DNA of 64,000 nt from a virus (lineage: Duplodnaviria; Caudoviricetes), in IMG/VR virus record IMGVR_UViG_3300015050_001523, positions 128,001 through 192,000 of that record; one strand, written 5' to 3'. Shown in pieces: positions 28,058 through 39,282 of the stretch. Both the position numbers and the translations under genes were made by a program. Under the pieces are notes generated by a model, which was not told where the DNA came from, did no database searches, and worked only from the letters and a program-made list of their open reading frames with translations. How positions within the stretch are numbered: the stretch's first letter is position 1; each line of letters starts with the position of its first letter.

Positions 28058-30361
28058 TTAAGCGCTCTTCATAAGAGTTTGGTCTAAAGTATTATCTTTT
28101 TCCTTATAAGACTTTATAGAATTCATATCTTCAATATAGTCTATAATAATTTTATCAAAACCATCAAGGATACCATATGGTTTATTGAAGTAACCAATCA
28201 TTGGATAGGTTGTTTTTATATCTAAAAAGCATTTTTTAAGCCTTTTGTAATATTCATTGTTTTTTATTTCTTGATTTGTAATTTTCATTCTATGAAGTAT
28301 AGAATGAAAATTGTTTTCTTGCAATTTTTTTATTGCTCCATTTATTATACTACTTTTTATAGTGAAAAAATCATTAAATGGACCATCTTTACAATTAGGA
28401 TTTTTTAAGATCTCATTTAATATTTTTTCATTTTCCAAAATAAATGACAAACATTTTGCAGAATCGACCAATTTCATTGCTTCACGAAAAACCCCATAAT
28501 CTAAAAAGCTTTGAAGCTTCAGAAGATTGTCTAGTCCTTCATCAACATATTGAGAGACTTCAGTCCAATTTTTTTCATTGTCTTTAAAGTCTTTAGATTG
28601 CATTATCTTTTGTCCAAAAATATAAATTTTATTTAAAGCAACATCATTTGATAATATTTTATAACAATCAATATTTTTTCTAATAGAACCAATATCAGTT
28701 CCAAAAACACTATCAAATTGACCATTGGCCTTTTTAATATAAAATCCTTTTTCTGCCTTTAAATCCAATTTAGATTGGAAAAATGATTCTGTTGTTTCAT
28801 ATTTTTTTGAGAATTCAAAACCAGACACATCATTTATAACATTTGGAATTTTTATTACTTTTGCTTTTTTATTATTTTCTTGTTTATTTGATTTAAGTCC
28901 GCGACGCGATTTTAGAGTTTCATGCAAATCGCTATATTTTATCATTGGATAAGTTCCAATTTCGCCTTCCAAAACCTTCTTTTTGGTTTCTTCGCTTTGA
29001 AACTTTATAACATAAACAAACTTTATTTCATCATTTTCTTCAAAAATTAGCTCAGCAGCTTTCTTTTCTCCTATTTTTCTAGAGTCCATTAGGAGAAACT
29101 TTTTTTCTTCTGAACAAAGAATATTATCGACACCAGACTTAGCCGATTTTTGTTTTATTTTATCGCCGGTATTCTCATAAAGAAAACACCATCTTTCTCT
29201 TCTATTAGATGCAGAAATGTCAAGGTATTCTTGATTTATTAATTTATCTGCCCATATTATTTTTATATGCTTGCACAAGCGGCGCAAATTATAATTTCCA
29301 TTATTTGAAAATAATTTTCCATACAAACTTCTTGCTTCAAATAAGTTTTTGCAATTTTTAAATTGTTTAGAAATGTTTGTTTTAAATTCTGCAAACACTT
29401 CTAATATAAGATCTTTTATTACTTTTTTTGTATGATCTGTATATTGTAAACTTTCTCGACTTGGAGAAAATTGCACCGAACCTATTGGGACTTGTAAAAT
29501 AAAACTTTCTGATCTAAGATATAATATAAAATCACTTATTTCTTCATTCCAATCAATTGCACTTGAAAAGCAAGTATTCCAATCAATTGGATATGGGGTA
29601 TTTCCCATAACTGCATAACTTTTTTGATCTACTGAATAATAAGAATTATATGATTGTTTTGAAGCGGAAATTTCCCAATTGCTTCCTGAAAATAAGATTT
29701 CTTTTTTCTTAAGAAGTTGTTCTTCTTCTTCTTTATTAAAGTTTACATCTGGCATTACGCGCCAGAACTTAAAAAAGTTTAAAGCTGTTTTTCTTACAGT
29801 CTCAACGTCGGCTAATTTTATATTAATTACAATTTCAATGCCAGGCAAGTCATCTTTTCCCATTTGACTTGAATGCATTACAATAAGAGAACCTACACTA
29901 TCTTCGCCGATGGCACAATTATAAACCGTTTTAATCCCAGAATTGAAGCTGGTGACTATAAAATTATCTGTATAACAAAAGCCGGCCTTGCTTCCGATTC
30001 CCATTTGGCCAATTGCATCATTTGTATTTCTTTTTGTAGATTCCCCATAACTAATAAAAGTATCTACTATTTCTTGTCGATTTAGCCCATTTCCATAGTC
30101 TCTAATTTTTAGACTTTGGTCAAATTTATTTGGAAGAGAAACAGATATCGGCCAATCTTTTTTTCCCGCTTCTACATTTGCATCATGGGCATTACAAGAA
30201 TATTCTCTAATAATTGCCAAGATTTTGTCTGAATAAACATCATTTCTAAGCAATCCAATGAGAATCGGAAGATTTTTGGCCTTAATTCCAAAGCTATGAT
30301 TTTCAAGCTCGCTTGAATTTGTAATAGTTTGGATTTCTTCAGAAGATTTAATTATTTTCAT
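28058..30361 (-). CDS. rIIA: rIIA-like protein with N-terminal GHKL ATPase
   Basis: IIREYSCNAHDA, IRDYGNGL, GQMGIGSK, PSRESL. Confidence 0.85.
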   Translation of the reverse strand: MKIIKSSEEIQTITNSSELENHSFGIKAKNLPILIGLLRNDVYSDKILAIIREYSCNAHDANVEAGKKDWPISVSLPNKFDQSLKIRDYGNGLNRQEIVDTFISYGESTKRNTNDAIGQMGIGSKAGFCYTDNFIVTSFNSGIKTVYNCAIGEDSVGSLIVMHSSQMGKDDLPGIEIVINIKLADVETVRKTALNFFKFWRVMPDVNFNKEEEEQLLKKKEILFSGSNWEISASKQSYNSYYSVDQKSYAVMGNTPYPIDWNTCFSSAIDWNEEISDFILYLRSESFILQVPIGSVQFSPSRESLQYTDHTKKVIKDLILEVFAEFKTNISKQFKNCKNLFEARSLYGKLFSNNGNYNLRRLCKHIKIIWADKLINQEYLDISASNRRERWCFLYENTGDKIKQKSAKSGVDNILCSEEKKFLLMDSRKIGEKKAAELIFEENDEIKFVYVIKFQSEETKKKVLEGEIGTYPMIKYSDLHETLKSRRGLKSNKQENNKKAKVIKIPNVINDVSGFEFSKKYETTESFFQSKLDLKAEKGFYIKKANGQFDSVFGTDIGSIRKNIDCYKILSNDVALNKIYIFGQKIMQSKDFKDNEKNWTEVSQYVDEGLDNLLKLQSFLDYGVFREAMKLVDSAKCLSFILENEKILNEILKNPNCKDGPFNDFFTIKSSIINGAIKKLQENNFHSILHRMKITNQEIKNNEYYKRLKKCFLDIKTTYPMIGYFNKPYGILDGFDKIIIDYIEDMNSIKSYKEKDNTLDQTLMKSA

Positions 30362-30535
30362 TTATATTCCTTTCAAGAAATACGAACAATACATAACATA
30401 TAAAAGCAAAGAAGTTGATAGTCCATAAACTGTGAGAAGGTTGCGGCGGCCAGTTAAGACCCAGACAACCAGCACAAATTGCGCAAAGATGATCGGAGCT
30501 GTAATAATTTGATGAAGAGTTAGTGTTATGTTCAT
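30362..30535 (-). CDS. 57-aa two-TM membrane protein, absent from track
   Basis: MNITLTLHQIITAPIIFAQFVLVVWVLTGRRNLLTVYGLSTSLLLYVMYCSYFLKGI*; stop abuts rIIA ATG. Confidence 0.55.
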   Translation of the reverse strand: MNITLTLHQIITAPIIFAQFVLVVWVLTGRRNLLTVYGLSTSLLLYVMYCSYFLKGI

Positions 30536-30561
30536 AAAATATGTTTCTCTGCTTTTATATC

Positions 30562-30840
30562 TTATAGATCTGCATACTCACAATCTAGCACAGAGTTACC
30601 TAAAGTGCAAGTACAAACTGTCAGCATGCATCGTGGTGCAGAATAATTGACCAACTTGGCATTTGCTAGCCATCTATCATGTTTTCGGATAGTATCAACA
30701 AAAATGGATTCTGGGATTGTTTGGCCAAGCAAATTATCTAACATTATGGCAGCAGTTCGAGCCCGAAATTCTATTTCGAATTTAGGCATTGATTCTTTTC
30801 TATCTGACCACCTTTGTTCACGGTTAGATTTAGTCATCAT
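30562..30840 (-). CDS. Hypothetical protein
   Basis: ORF track. Confidence 0.55.
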   Translation of the reverse strand: MMTKSNREQRWSDRKESMPKFEIEFRARTAAIMLDNLLGQTIPESIFVDTIRKHDRWLANAKLVNYSAPRCMLTVCTCTLGNSVLDCEYADL

Positions 30841-31414
30841 TTGATATCATTTCCATATATTCTTCATCCATATAAGAATTTAATGCATCTTTTATATGGC
30901 CACGAGCTACCGAATATCCAACATCAAGACCTGAATTATATTCAGAATCAGGATCAGCACCAGGATCAAGACGTAATTCTTTGATTATATTATTGAGAAT
31001 TTTTTTAATATTTTCTAAATAAGAATTGGAATTTTGTGCTTCTTCTTTAACATTGGCTATTTCTTTTTTTAATTCTTCATTTTCTTTTTTTAATTCTTCA
31101 TTTTCTCTTTCAAGACCTTCAGGAAATATTTCTGTTTTGAAATTTGACAAAATATAATTTATAGATTTTCTCCTTTCAATTTCTTTCCAATAATTTTCTT
31201 TGGAAAAGTTTTTTCCATTTAGATAATAACTTTCAGGCTCTGATTTGTCCCCATATTCACAAGCAGGTCCGTCTTCTCTATGAAGAAGATCATTGATGTA
31301 CCAAAATTTATTTCCAACTGTATTTTCAACAGCAGGTCCATCTTCTCTATGAAATTTATCATTTAAATAGTAAATTTTTGTTTTCCATTCATTAATAATT
31401 AATCCATTTTTCAT
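30830..31414 (-). CDS. HRxDGPA repeat protein fused to a coiled-coil domain
   Basis: Two HREDGPA repeats, YWKEIERRKSINYILSN, then ENEELKK repeats. Confidence 0.8.
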   Translation of the reverse strand: MKNGLIINEWKTKIYYLNDKFHREDGPAVENTVGNKFWYINDLLHREDGPACEYGDKSEPESYYLNGKNFSKENYWKEIERRKSINYILSNFKTEIFPEGLERENEELKKENEELKKEIANVKEEAQNSNSYLENIKKILNNIIKELRLDPGADPDSEYNSGLDVGYSVARGHIKDALNSYMDEEYMEMISNDD

Positions 31415-31424
31415 ATTTATTTCC

Positions 31425-31700
31425 TTAAGCTCTAATATCATGCCATTCAACTTTTTGAAGAGGTTCGACTTTGAAGGTTTTAATCATCTCCATAACACAT
31501 TTTTCACAGAGTGAAAAGGTAAAAGAATTCATGTCTCCTATAAATTTAGAAAAATAACCTCCACGAACACAAACTTCTATTAATCCATCATATTCTCCAA
31601 ATTCAATATCTGTTTTACAGGATTCTCCGCATTTATTACAAATAATATCTTTAATGACTGTAATAGTTTCTGTTATTGTTTCTTCTTTTGTTATTTTCAT
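31425..31700 (-). CDS. Zn-ribbon-like protein (paralogue of 53776-54042)
   Basis: ICNKCG...FSLCEKC. Confidence 0.7.
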   Translation of the reverse strand: MKITKEETITETITVIKDIICNKCGESCKTDIEFGEYDGLIEVCVRGGYFSKFIGDMNSFTFSLCEKCVMEMIKTFKVEPLQKVEWHDIRA

Positions 31701-31703
31701 AAA

Positions 31704-32183
31704 TTAGTCTACGGCATTCCACGCATTTTCTTCCGCTTTGCGAGCAGCTTCATATTCAATAGCGGCTGCAACTCGTTCGGTGGTTGGTATGCTGGACATG
31801 GAAAGATCTTGTGCGCGACACTTGGCTTGTGCCCTGCGAGCGCGAAGAGTGGCCTCTTCGGCAACATTAAGAATCTCATTGTCATGACGAAATGATGAAA
31901 TATTTTCTAATATATTTACATTTGTTTTTGTATCATAACAAATTAGTTCAATTTTACATCTAAGAACCTTGCAATTATTTGCTTCTATTTGAGAAACAAT
32001 AGCATTCATTTCTTTTAAAAGTTCATTTGCATCTTCTTTGTATTGGGTTAAATAACAATATGCTTCTTTTCCCATAATTGGATCTCCTAAAATTTTAGAA
32101 AAAGTCCAATTGGAATTAAGTCCAATTTTTTTAATTTCCTCCTCAGAAGAAATTGAAATTGTTATATGCGCTTCATATTTCAT
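31704..32183 (-). CDS. Hypothetical protein
   Basis: ORF track. Confidence 0.7.
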   Translation of the reverse strand: MKYEAHITISISSEEEIKKIGLNSNWTFSKILGDPIMGKEAYCYLTQYKEDANELLKEMNAIVSQIEANNCKVLRCKIELICYDTKTNVNILENISSFRHDNEILNVAEEATLRARRAQAKCRAQDLSMSSIPTTERVAAAIEYEAARKAEENAWNAVD

Positions 32184-32403
32184 AATATAATTTTTTATTG
32201 ATAATACCGAATCATAGACTATTTTCTATATTTCTAGAATGAAATAAAAAATAATCAATTTAATATTTAATGATTTCTTAAGAATATATATTTCTGACAA
32301 CTGGATGACTGATGGACAGACATCGATAGCTCTTGCAGCTTAATTAAAGCAATAAACCTCAAACTTTAATCAATTTGAGGTTTATTGCTTTAATTTTCAT
32401 TAA

Positions 32404-32805
32404 TTATCCAAATGATTTTTTGGTAAATTTATAAACATTATCCATATTGTTAGATTTTGAATCTCTAATTTTTTCTAGAGCCACACTAAATGTTTTTTCA
32501 GAAACTTCATCAATTTCATTAATTCGATATAGTGGAACGCCATCTTTATGCCTATCTTTTGAAGATTTCGCCAAGGACAAAATTTGCGCTAATGAAGGAT
32601 TATCTGAATAATTTAAAACAATCGCATTTTTTTCTTCAGCTCTTCCAAAGGCAATATTTTGGCCCATCTGTTTTGACCAGGGATCTCCTGGGCGGCATAA
32701 AGATATTCCAATTTTTGTTAATGGCCCATCTTGAATAAGGGCCATAGTTCCAAATGGACGCTTTTTATTGTCTCTTAGATAAAAGAAAGTTTTGTTGGAT
32801 TGCAT
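32404..32805 (-). CDS. Hypothetical protein, leaderless
   Basis: TTGACA(32840)-N17-TACCTT-N6-ATG. Confidence 0.8.
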   Translation of the reverse strand: MQSNKTFFYLRDNKKRPFGTMALIQDGPLTKIGISLCRPGDPWSKQMGQNIAFGRAEEKNAIVLNYSDNPSLAQILSLAKSSKDRHKDGVPLYRINEIDEVSEKTFSVALEKIRDSKSNNMDNVYKFTKKSFG

Positions 32806-32881
32806 GGAAGGAAGGTAGCAGGAAATAGAACTGATGTCAACTAGCTTTATTATTTGCTCTTAAATCTGCTTTTGAAAGCTA

Positions 32882-33389
32882 TTAGACCTTATTTTTCTTT
32901 GGAAAATCATCGTCAAAATCATTATCGTCATCAAAATAATCATCGTCATCGTCTTCAAATTTGTCATCGTCTTCAAATTTGGCAACTCTTTCCTGTTCCG
33001 CAGGGTCCATAGCCATAAATTGGTCTTGTTCTTCTGGAGTCATTGAACTAAGCAACTCCTTCCAGCCATTGAGATAAAATACCCTTGGCCCAGCCATTGA
33101 GATAAAATACCCTTGGCAAAGCATGCCATCCTTCTGGAAAGTCTGGATGAACCTCTCTATGTGCTGCCATAAAGTCTGGCGTCCAATTCGAACTCTTATG
33201 AGGGGGCTTGTCCTGGTAGCTCTTCGGACCCAGTCCTTGTGCCTCCCGAGCCCAGCGATCTGACTTCTTACCAAACATTTTACTTAAAAAGCTGGCTTCA
33301 TTTATTTGCTTTGCTTTTTTATCAGAAAGGGCTTCTATATATACTTCTCTTATAAGTTGCTTAAGTTTAGACTTAGGGACCTTAATCAT
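32882..33389 (-). pseudogene. Gene split by a 28-bp tandem duplication (track ORFs 33048-33440 and 32882-33274)
   Basis: CCAGCCATTGAGATAAAATACCCTTGGC at 33062 and 33090; PRVFYLNGW appears in both frames. Confidence 0.7.
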
Positions 33390-33442
33390 GACAATAAATA
33401 TAGTAAATAAATGAAAATATTGACTTTTCCAATAAATCATCC

Positions 33443-34864
33443 TTATTTTAAGGAATTTTGAAAAATTATTAGATCTTCTTCTGAAAGATTTAGTAGCCGA
33501 GTTACGCTATCTCCATAATAAACAGGAGGAATTTTATTTGATTCCAAAACTGGTGGGAAATATGCTTCTATCGTTCGATTGTCAAAATCGATTTTGATGT
33601 TTGTAGCTATTCCTTTTTTTATCAATCTTAACAATTCAGTTTTTAACATTTTATTATTTCGGTCTAATTTTTATTTCTGAAACTTTTATTTTTTTAGATT
33701 TTCTTCCGCCAAAAAATTTAATTAATGTTGTAAAATTACTATCTTGATAGTATCCACATTGTCCTTTTGGATTCATTGAATTCTGATTTACTTCTCCGCC
33801 CGATGGAAGTCCTATGCAAACTTTACTATACGCAAGTTTTTTTTCCCATTTACACCAACAACACCTGCTAACAATTTCAATTTCTTCAGGAGCTATCGAG
33901 CTTTTATAAATATCAATATTTTTTTCTTCCATTTTCTTTATATGGCAACAGCAGTCTCAACTGCATCTAGTAATTCATAAAATTCCATTACTGATTCTTC
34001 TCTATCATTGGCAACTTTGCGCAATTCGACTGCAAGAATGCGAAGTTCATCAAGCTTAGAATTTAGTAAATCAATTTTAGCATAAGCTTCACTTGAATTT
34101 TGATTTTGTGCCGTAAGAACTTCAACGTATGCAACAGTCCTGGCGTATACTCTTCCCAATGCATCAAGTTGGTATTGTAAAGCATCACGTTCTGCGCCTC
34201 GACGTTTGCTTGTAACAAGTCCTTGATCTACAAGCATTTGTGCCCTTGGTAGAGTGTTAGAAAGTATTTCTAGAATAAAGATAGCATCTTCTTTATTTAT
34301 AGAAATCTCATTAAAGTCTTGGTTGGCTGTGGCGCTCCCAACATAATTTCTCAAATCATGTGCAATTCTTGCTCTTTCCATCTGTGATGAATTGTTCATC
34401 GTGGGATAATAGCATCTGACAAATTTAAAGTCAAGTAACAAGATTTATTTTATATTTTTAGCTAAACAACACGACTTTATTAATTTTAAAGCTTCTCTGA
34501 TTGAGCAATCTTGAGCATCTGAAATGCTTTGAGCAACAATAAATTGCGCTTTTGATCGAGTCTCTGCATAGATTTCATTGCTTTTCTCTCCATTTGAAAA
34601 TTTAATGATATAAGCACGACCCTTTCTTTGGCTTCGAGGATCTGCTTCAACTGCATTAATTCCATTATCATTTAAATGAAAAGTTCCTTCATTTCGAGAT
34701 GAGGGATATGCAAGTCCTCGCGCAACAAGCGAGAGCCACATTGGCTCATCACAAAATGCTGCTGCATAATAATTTCTTCCTCCATGAATGCTGCAACTTT
34801 TTGAACTATGATGACCTATACAATGAGCCATTGCATCGCGTTCTTTTTCTGATAATTTAATCAT
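33443..34864 (-). CDS. Run of hypothetical proteins (33443-33649, 33654-33932, 33938-34399, 34445-34864)
   Basis: ORF track; TTGACT-N17-TATTAT-N6-ATG places one start at 34399. Confidence 0.65.
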
Positions 34865-35144
34865 TCTTCTTTTCGCAATATTCTTTCAGAATGTAATTGA
34901 GAGATTTTCTTCTTTTAATTTCTTTCCAATAATCTTCTTCAGAAAAAGATATATCATTTAAACAATAAAACTTATATCCTTTTGGGCCTTCAATGGCAGG
35001 TCCGTCTTCTCTATGAAGCTTCCCATGAATATAATATCGTTTAGCTCCACTTAAATATTCAATTGCAGGAAGCCCTTCTCGATGAAGAATTCCATTATTG
35101 TTTAGATAATACTTTCTTATTCCCATACAAATCAATGCTTCCAA
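34857..35144 (-). CDS. HRxDGPA repeat protein
   Basis: HREGLPA, HREDGPA, EEDYWKEIKRRKSLNYIL. Confidence 0.8.
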   Translation of the reverse strand: MEALICMGIRKYYLNNNGILHREGLPAIEYLSGAKRYYIHGKLHREDGPAIEGPKGYKFYCLNDISFSEEDYWKEIKRRKSLNYILKEYCEKKND

Positions 35145-35485
35145 TTAGTTTCAAGAAATTCTATAAATTCAGTAATATCATTTTCTGATGTACAATAAAA
35201 AGGATCAATATTCGTTGCACGAATTTTTTCACTAAGATCTGGGCGTATTTCATATAATTTATTGAATAAAACTTGGCCAAGTCTTAAATGTTTATTTTCT
35301 TCAACTTCTTTAAGTGAATCCATATAAAATTTATATAAAGTTACTTTAGGCACTCGACTGGTCGAATCATTTTCGTGATCGTTCGACCGTCGCAGGAGCC
35401 CAGCTAGTCCTAGCTTTAAGGTATTATTTTTTATTTCTTCAGTAATTTCTTTTAGTTCCATAAATTCCTTTATACTGGAAGGCAA
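35132..35485 (-). CDS. Hypothetical protein
   Basis: ORF track; LRLGQ..FN.L...RP...DPFY motif. Confidence 0.7.
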   Translation of the reverse strand: MPSSIKEFMELKEITEEIKNNTLKLGLAGLLRRSNDHENDSTSRVPKVTLYKFYMDSLKEVEENKHLRLGQVLFNKLYEIRPDLSEKIRATNIDPFYCTSENDITEFIEFLETNWKH

Positions 35486-35712
35486 AAAGAATCACATTCA
35501 TTATATTCTTCTTCTGTGCAAACGACATGTTGATTTGTTTCGCAATCACAGATGCATTCTTGCAAAAAATCTCCTAATTCATCAGCTGACTCACTCATTT
35601 CTGATGATGTTTCTTCTGTTCCGTCATCAGTTTCGACAATGATATCTTCTTTTGGCTGTTGGCACCCAAGAACGCCAAGTAATGATAAAATGATTATTGT
35701 TTGTTTTTTCAT
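35470..35712 (-). CDS. Small acidic Cys-rich lipoprotein
   Basis: Lipobox VLGC; C-terminal CxCxC...C...CxxxC. Confidence 0.7.
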   Translation of the reverse strand: MKKQTIIILSLLGVLGCQQPKEDIIVETDDGTEETSSEMSESADELGDFLQECICDCETNQHVVCTEEEYNECDSFCLPV

Positions 35713-35733
35713 ATTTTCCTATTTTATTTATTT

Positions 35734-36294
35734 CTATTCTTCAATAACAATATAAGAAGGATTTAGATAATTTTGATGCCCTAGATATAGGGCCAAAAAT
35801 GGCCCGTGTATTCTAGAAATATTAGAATAATATTCTTCTTTTGAAGGATTTAAATTATTATTAGTTTTTATTTCTTTTTTTGGATTCTCAATTTTGAGAT
35901 TAGGCATTTTTCCTATATTAATTTTTGTACCTTGTTCAGTTGCTTCGAACCAATAACCTCCGCGTTCATTTATAAGAGAATTAGCCAATTCTCTTATAGT
36001 TTGATCATTGCTGTTTAATAATTTAATCAAATCTAAATCATTCATAATTTATTTTCTAAATCTAGTTCTAGAAAGGCCGCCAGAACAAAGTTGAAAAAGT
36101 TTACCTTCTGCAAATTCTTTTATTATTTGATTATAAATCTCTTTATAAAATGAAACTGAAAAGTTAAATTCATGTAAATAATCTAATAAATCTCTATAGC
36201 TATGTTGATCCCGATTCCGAATAAAATAACTATAGAGCAGTTGTTCTGGTGATAAGTTTTCAATTATATTTCTACATGCTTGATTAAGGTTCAT
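35734..36294 (-). CDS. Two hypothetical proteins (35734-36045, 36049-36294)
   Basis: ORF track. Confidence 0.6.
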
Positions 36295-36839
36295 TCTTCA
36301 ATTTCCTCAAGAATAAAATTGAACAAATCTGTTAATTCAAAAAATTGTTCTTTGAGTTCTTTTGTTGGAAGAAGATGCTCAAAAAAATTTGGCAATTCTT
36401 TTTTATACATCTTTGCCATTCTGTTTTTTGTATTTGTTGATTCCGCCATGTTGGCCATTCTGTCACACAATTTAACTAATATTGCAACAGGGCCAGCATC
36501 CACAATCCCAGCATAATATGCATCACTTGCCCTTTCGGCTCTCGTTTTTCCTTTTAGATTTGTTAGGGCATATGCAACTTCTGCAACTTCGACACCAACA
36601 TTTGCAACAACATCATTATATGTTTGTCTGGCGTCTTCAATGGCATCATGAACCCAGGCCGCAGCCATAGCAATTTCAACTTCTTTTTCGGTTTTTAGCA
36701 AATGAGCAAAATAACAAACATTCTCATAAACTTTTTCAAGATGATATTCATACGGATGAATTCCATACATATGATTCGTTTCTTTATGGACTTTAGTTCC
36801 ATAAATTTTTGCAGTAGATACTAAATCGAAATTATTCAT
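36291..36839 (-). CDS. HD-domain hydrolase (SpoT/Mesh1-like)
   Basis: PYEYHLEKV, AAWVHDAIED, VKLCDRMAN. Confidence 0.85.
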   Translation of the reverse strand: MNNFDLVSTAKIYGTKVHKETNHMYGIHPYEYHLEKVYENVCYFAHLLKTEKEVEIAMAAAWVHDAIEDARQTYNDVVANVGVEVAEVAYALTNLKGKTRAERASDAYYAGIVDAGPVAILVKLCDRMANMAESTNTKNRMAKMYKKELPNFFEHLLPTKELKEQFFELTDLFNFILEEIEE

Positions 36840-36914
36840 CTGATTTGACCTTTATGATCTGAAACAATTAGCAATGTTTTAATTATTGAAATTATGTTTT
36901 CTAATATATTCATT

Positions 36915-37169
36915 TTAATCATTTCCTGAATTCATAGTTGGGGAAGATAGAAATTTAAATCTTGATGGAAAGAAGCTTCCATAATTTACATAATTTCCAC
37001 TACCACAAACTTCTCTTACTCTAATTGTTTCTTCATCGTATACACATTTATCTATAACTTCATAAATAATCCCCTTTTTAAGGGAGCTTTTTGGATCTAT
37101 GCATTCAACCAAAGATTTGATTGGAATAATCTTTGCTGAAAACATATTGCATATAGAATCAAGATTCAT
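36915..37169 (-). CDS. Hypothetical protein
   Basis: ORF track. Confidence 0.6.
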   Translation of the reverse strand: MNLDSICNMFSAKIIPIKSLVECIDPKSSLKKGIIYEVIDKCVYDEETIRVREVCGSGNYVNYGSFFPSRFKFLSSPTMNSGND

Positions 37170-37453
37170 TTTGATAATTCCTTTTTAATATTTAAAAAGA
37201 TGTAATTAAGAGATTTTCTCCTTTTAATTTCATTCCAATAATCTTCTTCAGAATATCCTATTCCATTTAAATAATAAGCTTTAGAACCAATACGCCATAT
37301 AACCGCAGGACCATCTTCTCTGTGAAGCTTTCCATGAATTCTCCATTCTTTGCCAAGATCCGAATCAAATGCAGGACCGTCTTCTCGATGAAACTTATCA
37401 TTTAAATAATAGCATTTATCACCATATTTGTCAATAATTAATCCATTTTTCAT
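37166..37453 (-). CDS. HRxDGPA repeat protein
   Basis: Two HREDGPA repeats, EEDYWNEIKRRKSLNYI. Confidence 0.8.
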   Translation of the reverse strand: MKNGLIIDKYGDKCYYLNDKFHREDGPAFDSDLGKEWRIHGKLHREDGPAVIWRIGSKAYYLNGIGYSEEDYWNEIKRRKSLNYIFLNIKKELSK

Positions 37454-37485
37454 ATGTTTTTATCCTTTTTTATTTGGGCTATTTG

Positions 37486-38514
37486 TCATTTTAAATCTTG
37501 AACCATTTGATGAAAATATTTTCTTGCATTTTCATTTACGGCTTTGGAAACTTGGCTCCATTCTAATTTGTTGTCTTCTAACTCAAGACAACACTCTCTT
37601 GCAACATCATTGCCAATCCACTTCAAATAATGTCCAGTGCTACTAAGCTCAAGAGGATGGCCAGCTTCTTTGATTGCCTCAATTCCTTGGTTTAGCCTGT
37701 TTGGAGTTAGTGCGAACCTAACAAAATCTTCAATATTCTGAATAATTTCAGGATTTAATTGTTCTTTATGTTCTTTCGGAGATGTATTTTTATGCTTCTC
37801 TCCTTTTGTTTTAAAGAACAAGTCTGTATTTCCCCAAAATTTTCCAATTGGCTGCCAAACAATTCCTTCTCCCAAGCCAGAAATATTCCATTGTTTTGCC
37901 CAAGGACATTCCTTTTCTACTTCATCTGTCCATTTAGTAAATTGAGCTACAGCATTTTCTTTGCTTTCTGTATTATCAAAATCGACTGTGATATTCCATT
38001 GAGGAATATCAAACACAGAAAAGATATTATCTTTTTTAAACTTTTCTTCAAAAGAAGGTTTTATATCAATATAGTATTCTTTTCCACCATCTTCAATAAC
38101 CTTGAAAGCAAAAAGAACCCATTGTTTTTCTACAAGCTGGCTAATTGCCATTCCTTTTTGAATCCCGGGGCCGATCCACTCTCCATAAATAATCAAATCA
38201 TTGTTTGGATCTATTCCATAAGAGTCTCGAACTATTTTAGCTATTTCTAAAATAGAATCCTTCTTTTTTTCAACAAAAAAAGCAAATCCTGCATTGTCTG
38301 AAACTGGAGTTATTACTCTTGTTCGGCTTTGAGCAATTAGTTCTCCATCTTTTGTATGGTGGACGCTTGAATTTGTTCCATGTAATTTGATCGTCCCTCT
38401 AAAAGAAACAGGTTCTTTTATTTTGTGAATTTCAGGAACAGCTTCAGATTTATTTGTTTTGCTTATAAATCTAGAAACTTGATAAAATGCATCTATATGT
38501 GTAAATGAGTACAT
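37486..38514 (-). CDS. ATP-dependent RNA ligase (Rnl2-like)
   Basis: Motif I TIKLHGTN, YGEWIG, GEGIV, FKTK. Confidence 0.85.
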   Translation of the reverse strand: MYSFTHIDAFYQVSRFISKTNKSEAVPEIHKIKEPVSFRGTIKLHGTNSSVHHTKDGELIAQSRTRVITPVSDNAGFAFFVEKKKDSILEIAKIVRDSYGIDPNNDLIIYGEWIGPGIQKGMAISQLVEKQWVLFAFKVIEDGGKEYYIDIKPSFEEKFKKDNIFSVFDIPQWNITVDFDNTESKENAVAQFTKWTDEVEKECPWAKQWNISGLGEGIVWQPIGKFWGNTDLFFKTKGEKHKNTSPKEHKEQLNPEIIQNIEDFVRFALTPNRLNQGIEAIKEAGHPLELSSTGHYLKWIGNDVARECCLELEDNKLEWSQVSKAVNENARKYFHQMVQDLK

Positions 38515-38589
38515 AATTTCTTTCTTCTTTGTTGCTTGAGTTTTAGCATGTTCTCATGAAAGAGGCAAGCAAAAATTGCTTAACATAAA

Positions 38590-39282
38590 TTATAAATTAT
38601 AATAATTTAATATTTCATTTGAAGAATTATGATTTAATTTTCTATAGTCATAATTTTGAGCCTCAATAAAGTTGTTGCAAGAAATTAAATTTGCTATTTT
38701 TGTTGGCAAAGAAAGATCATTGGTCATAACTCCGACAACAAGATCATATTCTATTTCTTTTAATGAAGTTTCTGAAGAGTGCTCGTCTCCTTCTGTATCA
38801 ATATCAATTCTTACTATTTTTATAATAGTTCCATTATTTTTTAATATAAAACTTGCTTCATTTGGAAATCTTAAATCAGAAATTAAGATTTTCTTTTTAT
38901 CTTTAATTTTTGAAAATAAATCTTCTGCCCAAAAATTTGGATTTTTCTTTCTTACATATTCTGTTCCAAAAAATTGCATAACTTCACGAACACATGTTGC
39001 AATACAATTTGCTGGTTCTAAATCTAATCCTGTCATTTTTTTCATGGATGGCAAATAATCATCCATTACAATAAAATTTTCAAATTTTTCTTCTTTTTTT
39101 ATTGCATCAAACATTTGAATTTTTGATAAACCAAATATTTTTTGACACATGTCTTTCAACATATCTGCAAAATGAAACAATTCAAAATCATTATTTTGAG
39201 AAATTATAAGATTTGAAAATGTGTCTTTTCCATGGCCTTTAAGTCCGCAAATTCCATATAATTCTTTTTCATTTTGATTCAT
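38590..39282 (-). CDS. Deoxynucleoside monophosphate kinase
   Basis: GICGLKGHGKDT, REVMQFFGTE, ISDLRFPNE. Confidence 0.85.
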   Translation of the reverse strand: MNQNEKELYGICGLKGHGKDTFSNLIISQNNDFELFHFADMLKDMCQKIFGLSKIQMFDAIKKEEKFENFIVMDDYLPSMKKMTGLDLEPANCIATCVREVMQFFGTEYVRKKNPNFWAEDLFSKIKDKKKILISDLRFPNEASFILKNNGTIIKIVRIDIDTEGDEHSSETSLKEIEYDLVVGVMTNDLSLPTKIANLISCNNFIEAQNYDYRKLNHNSSNEILNYYNL

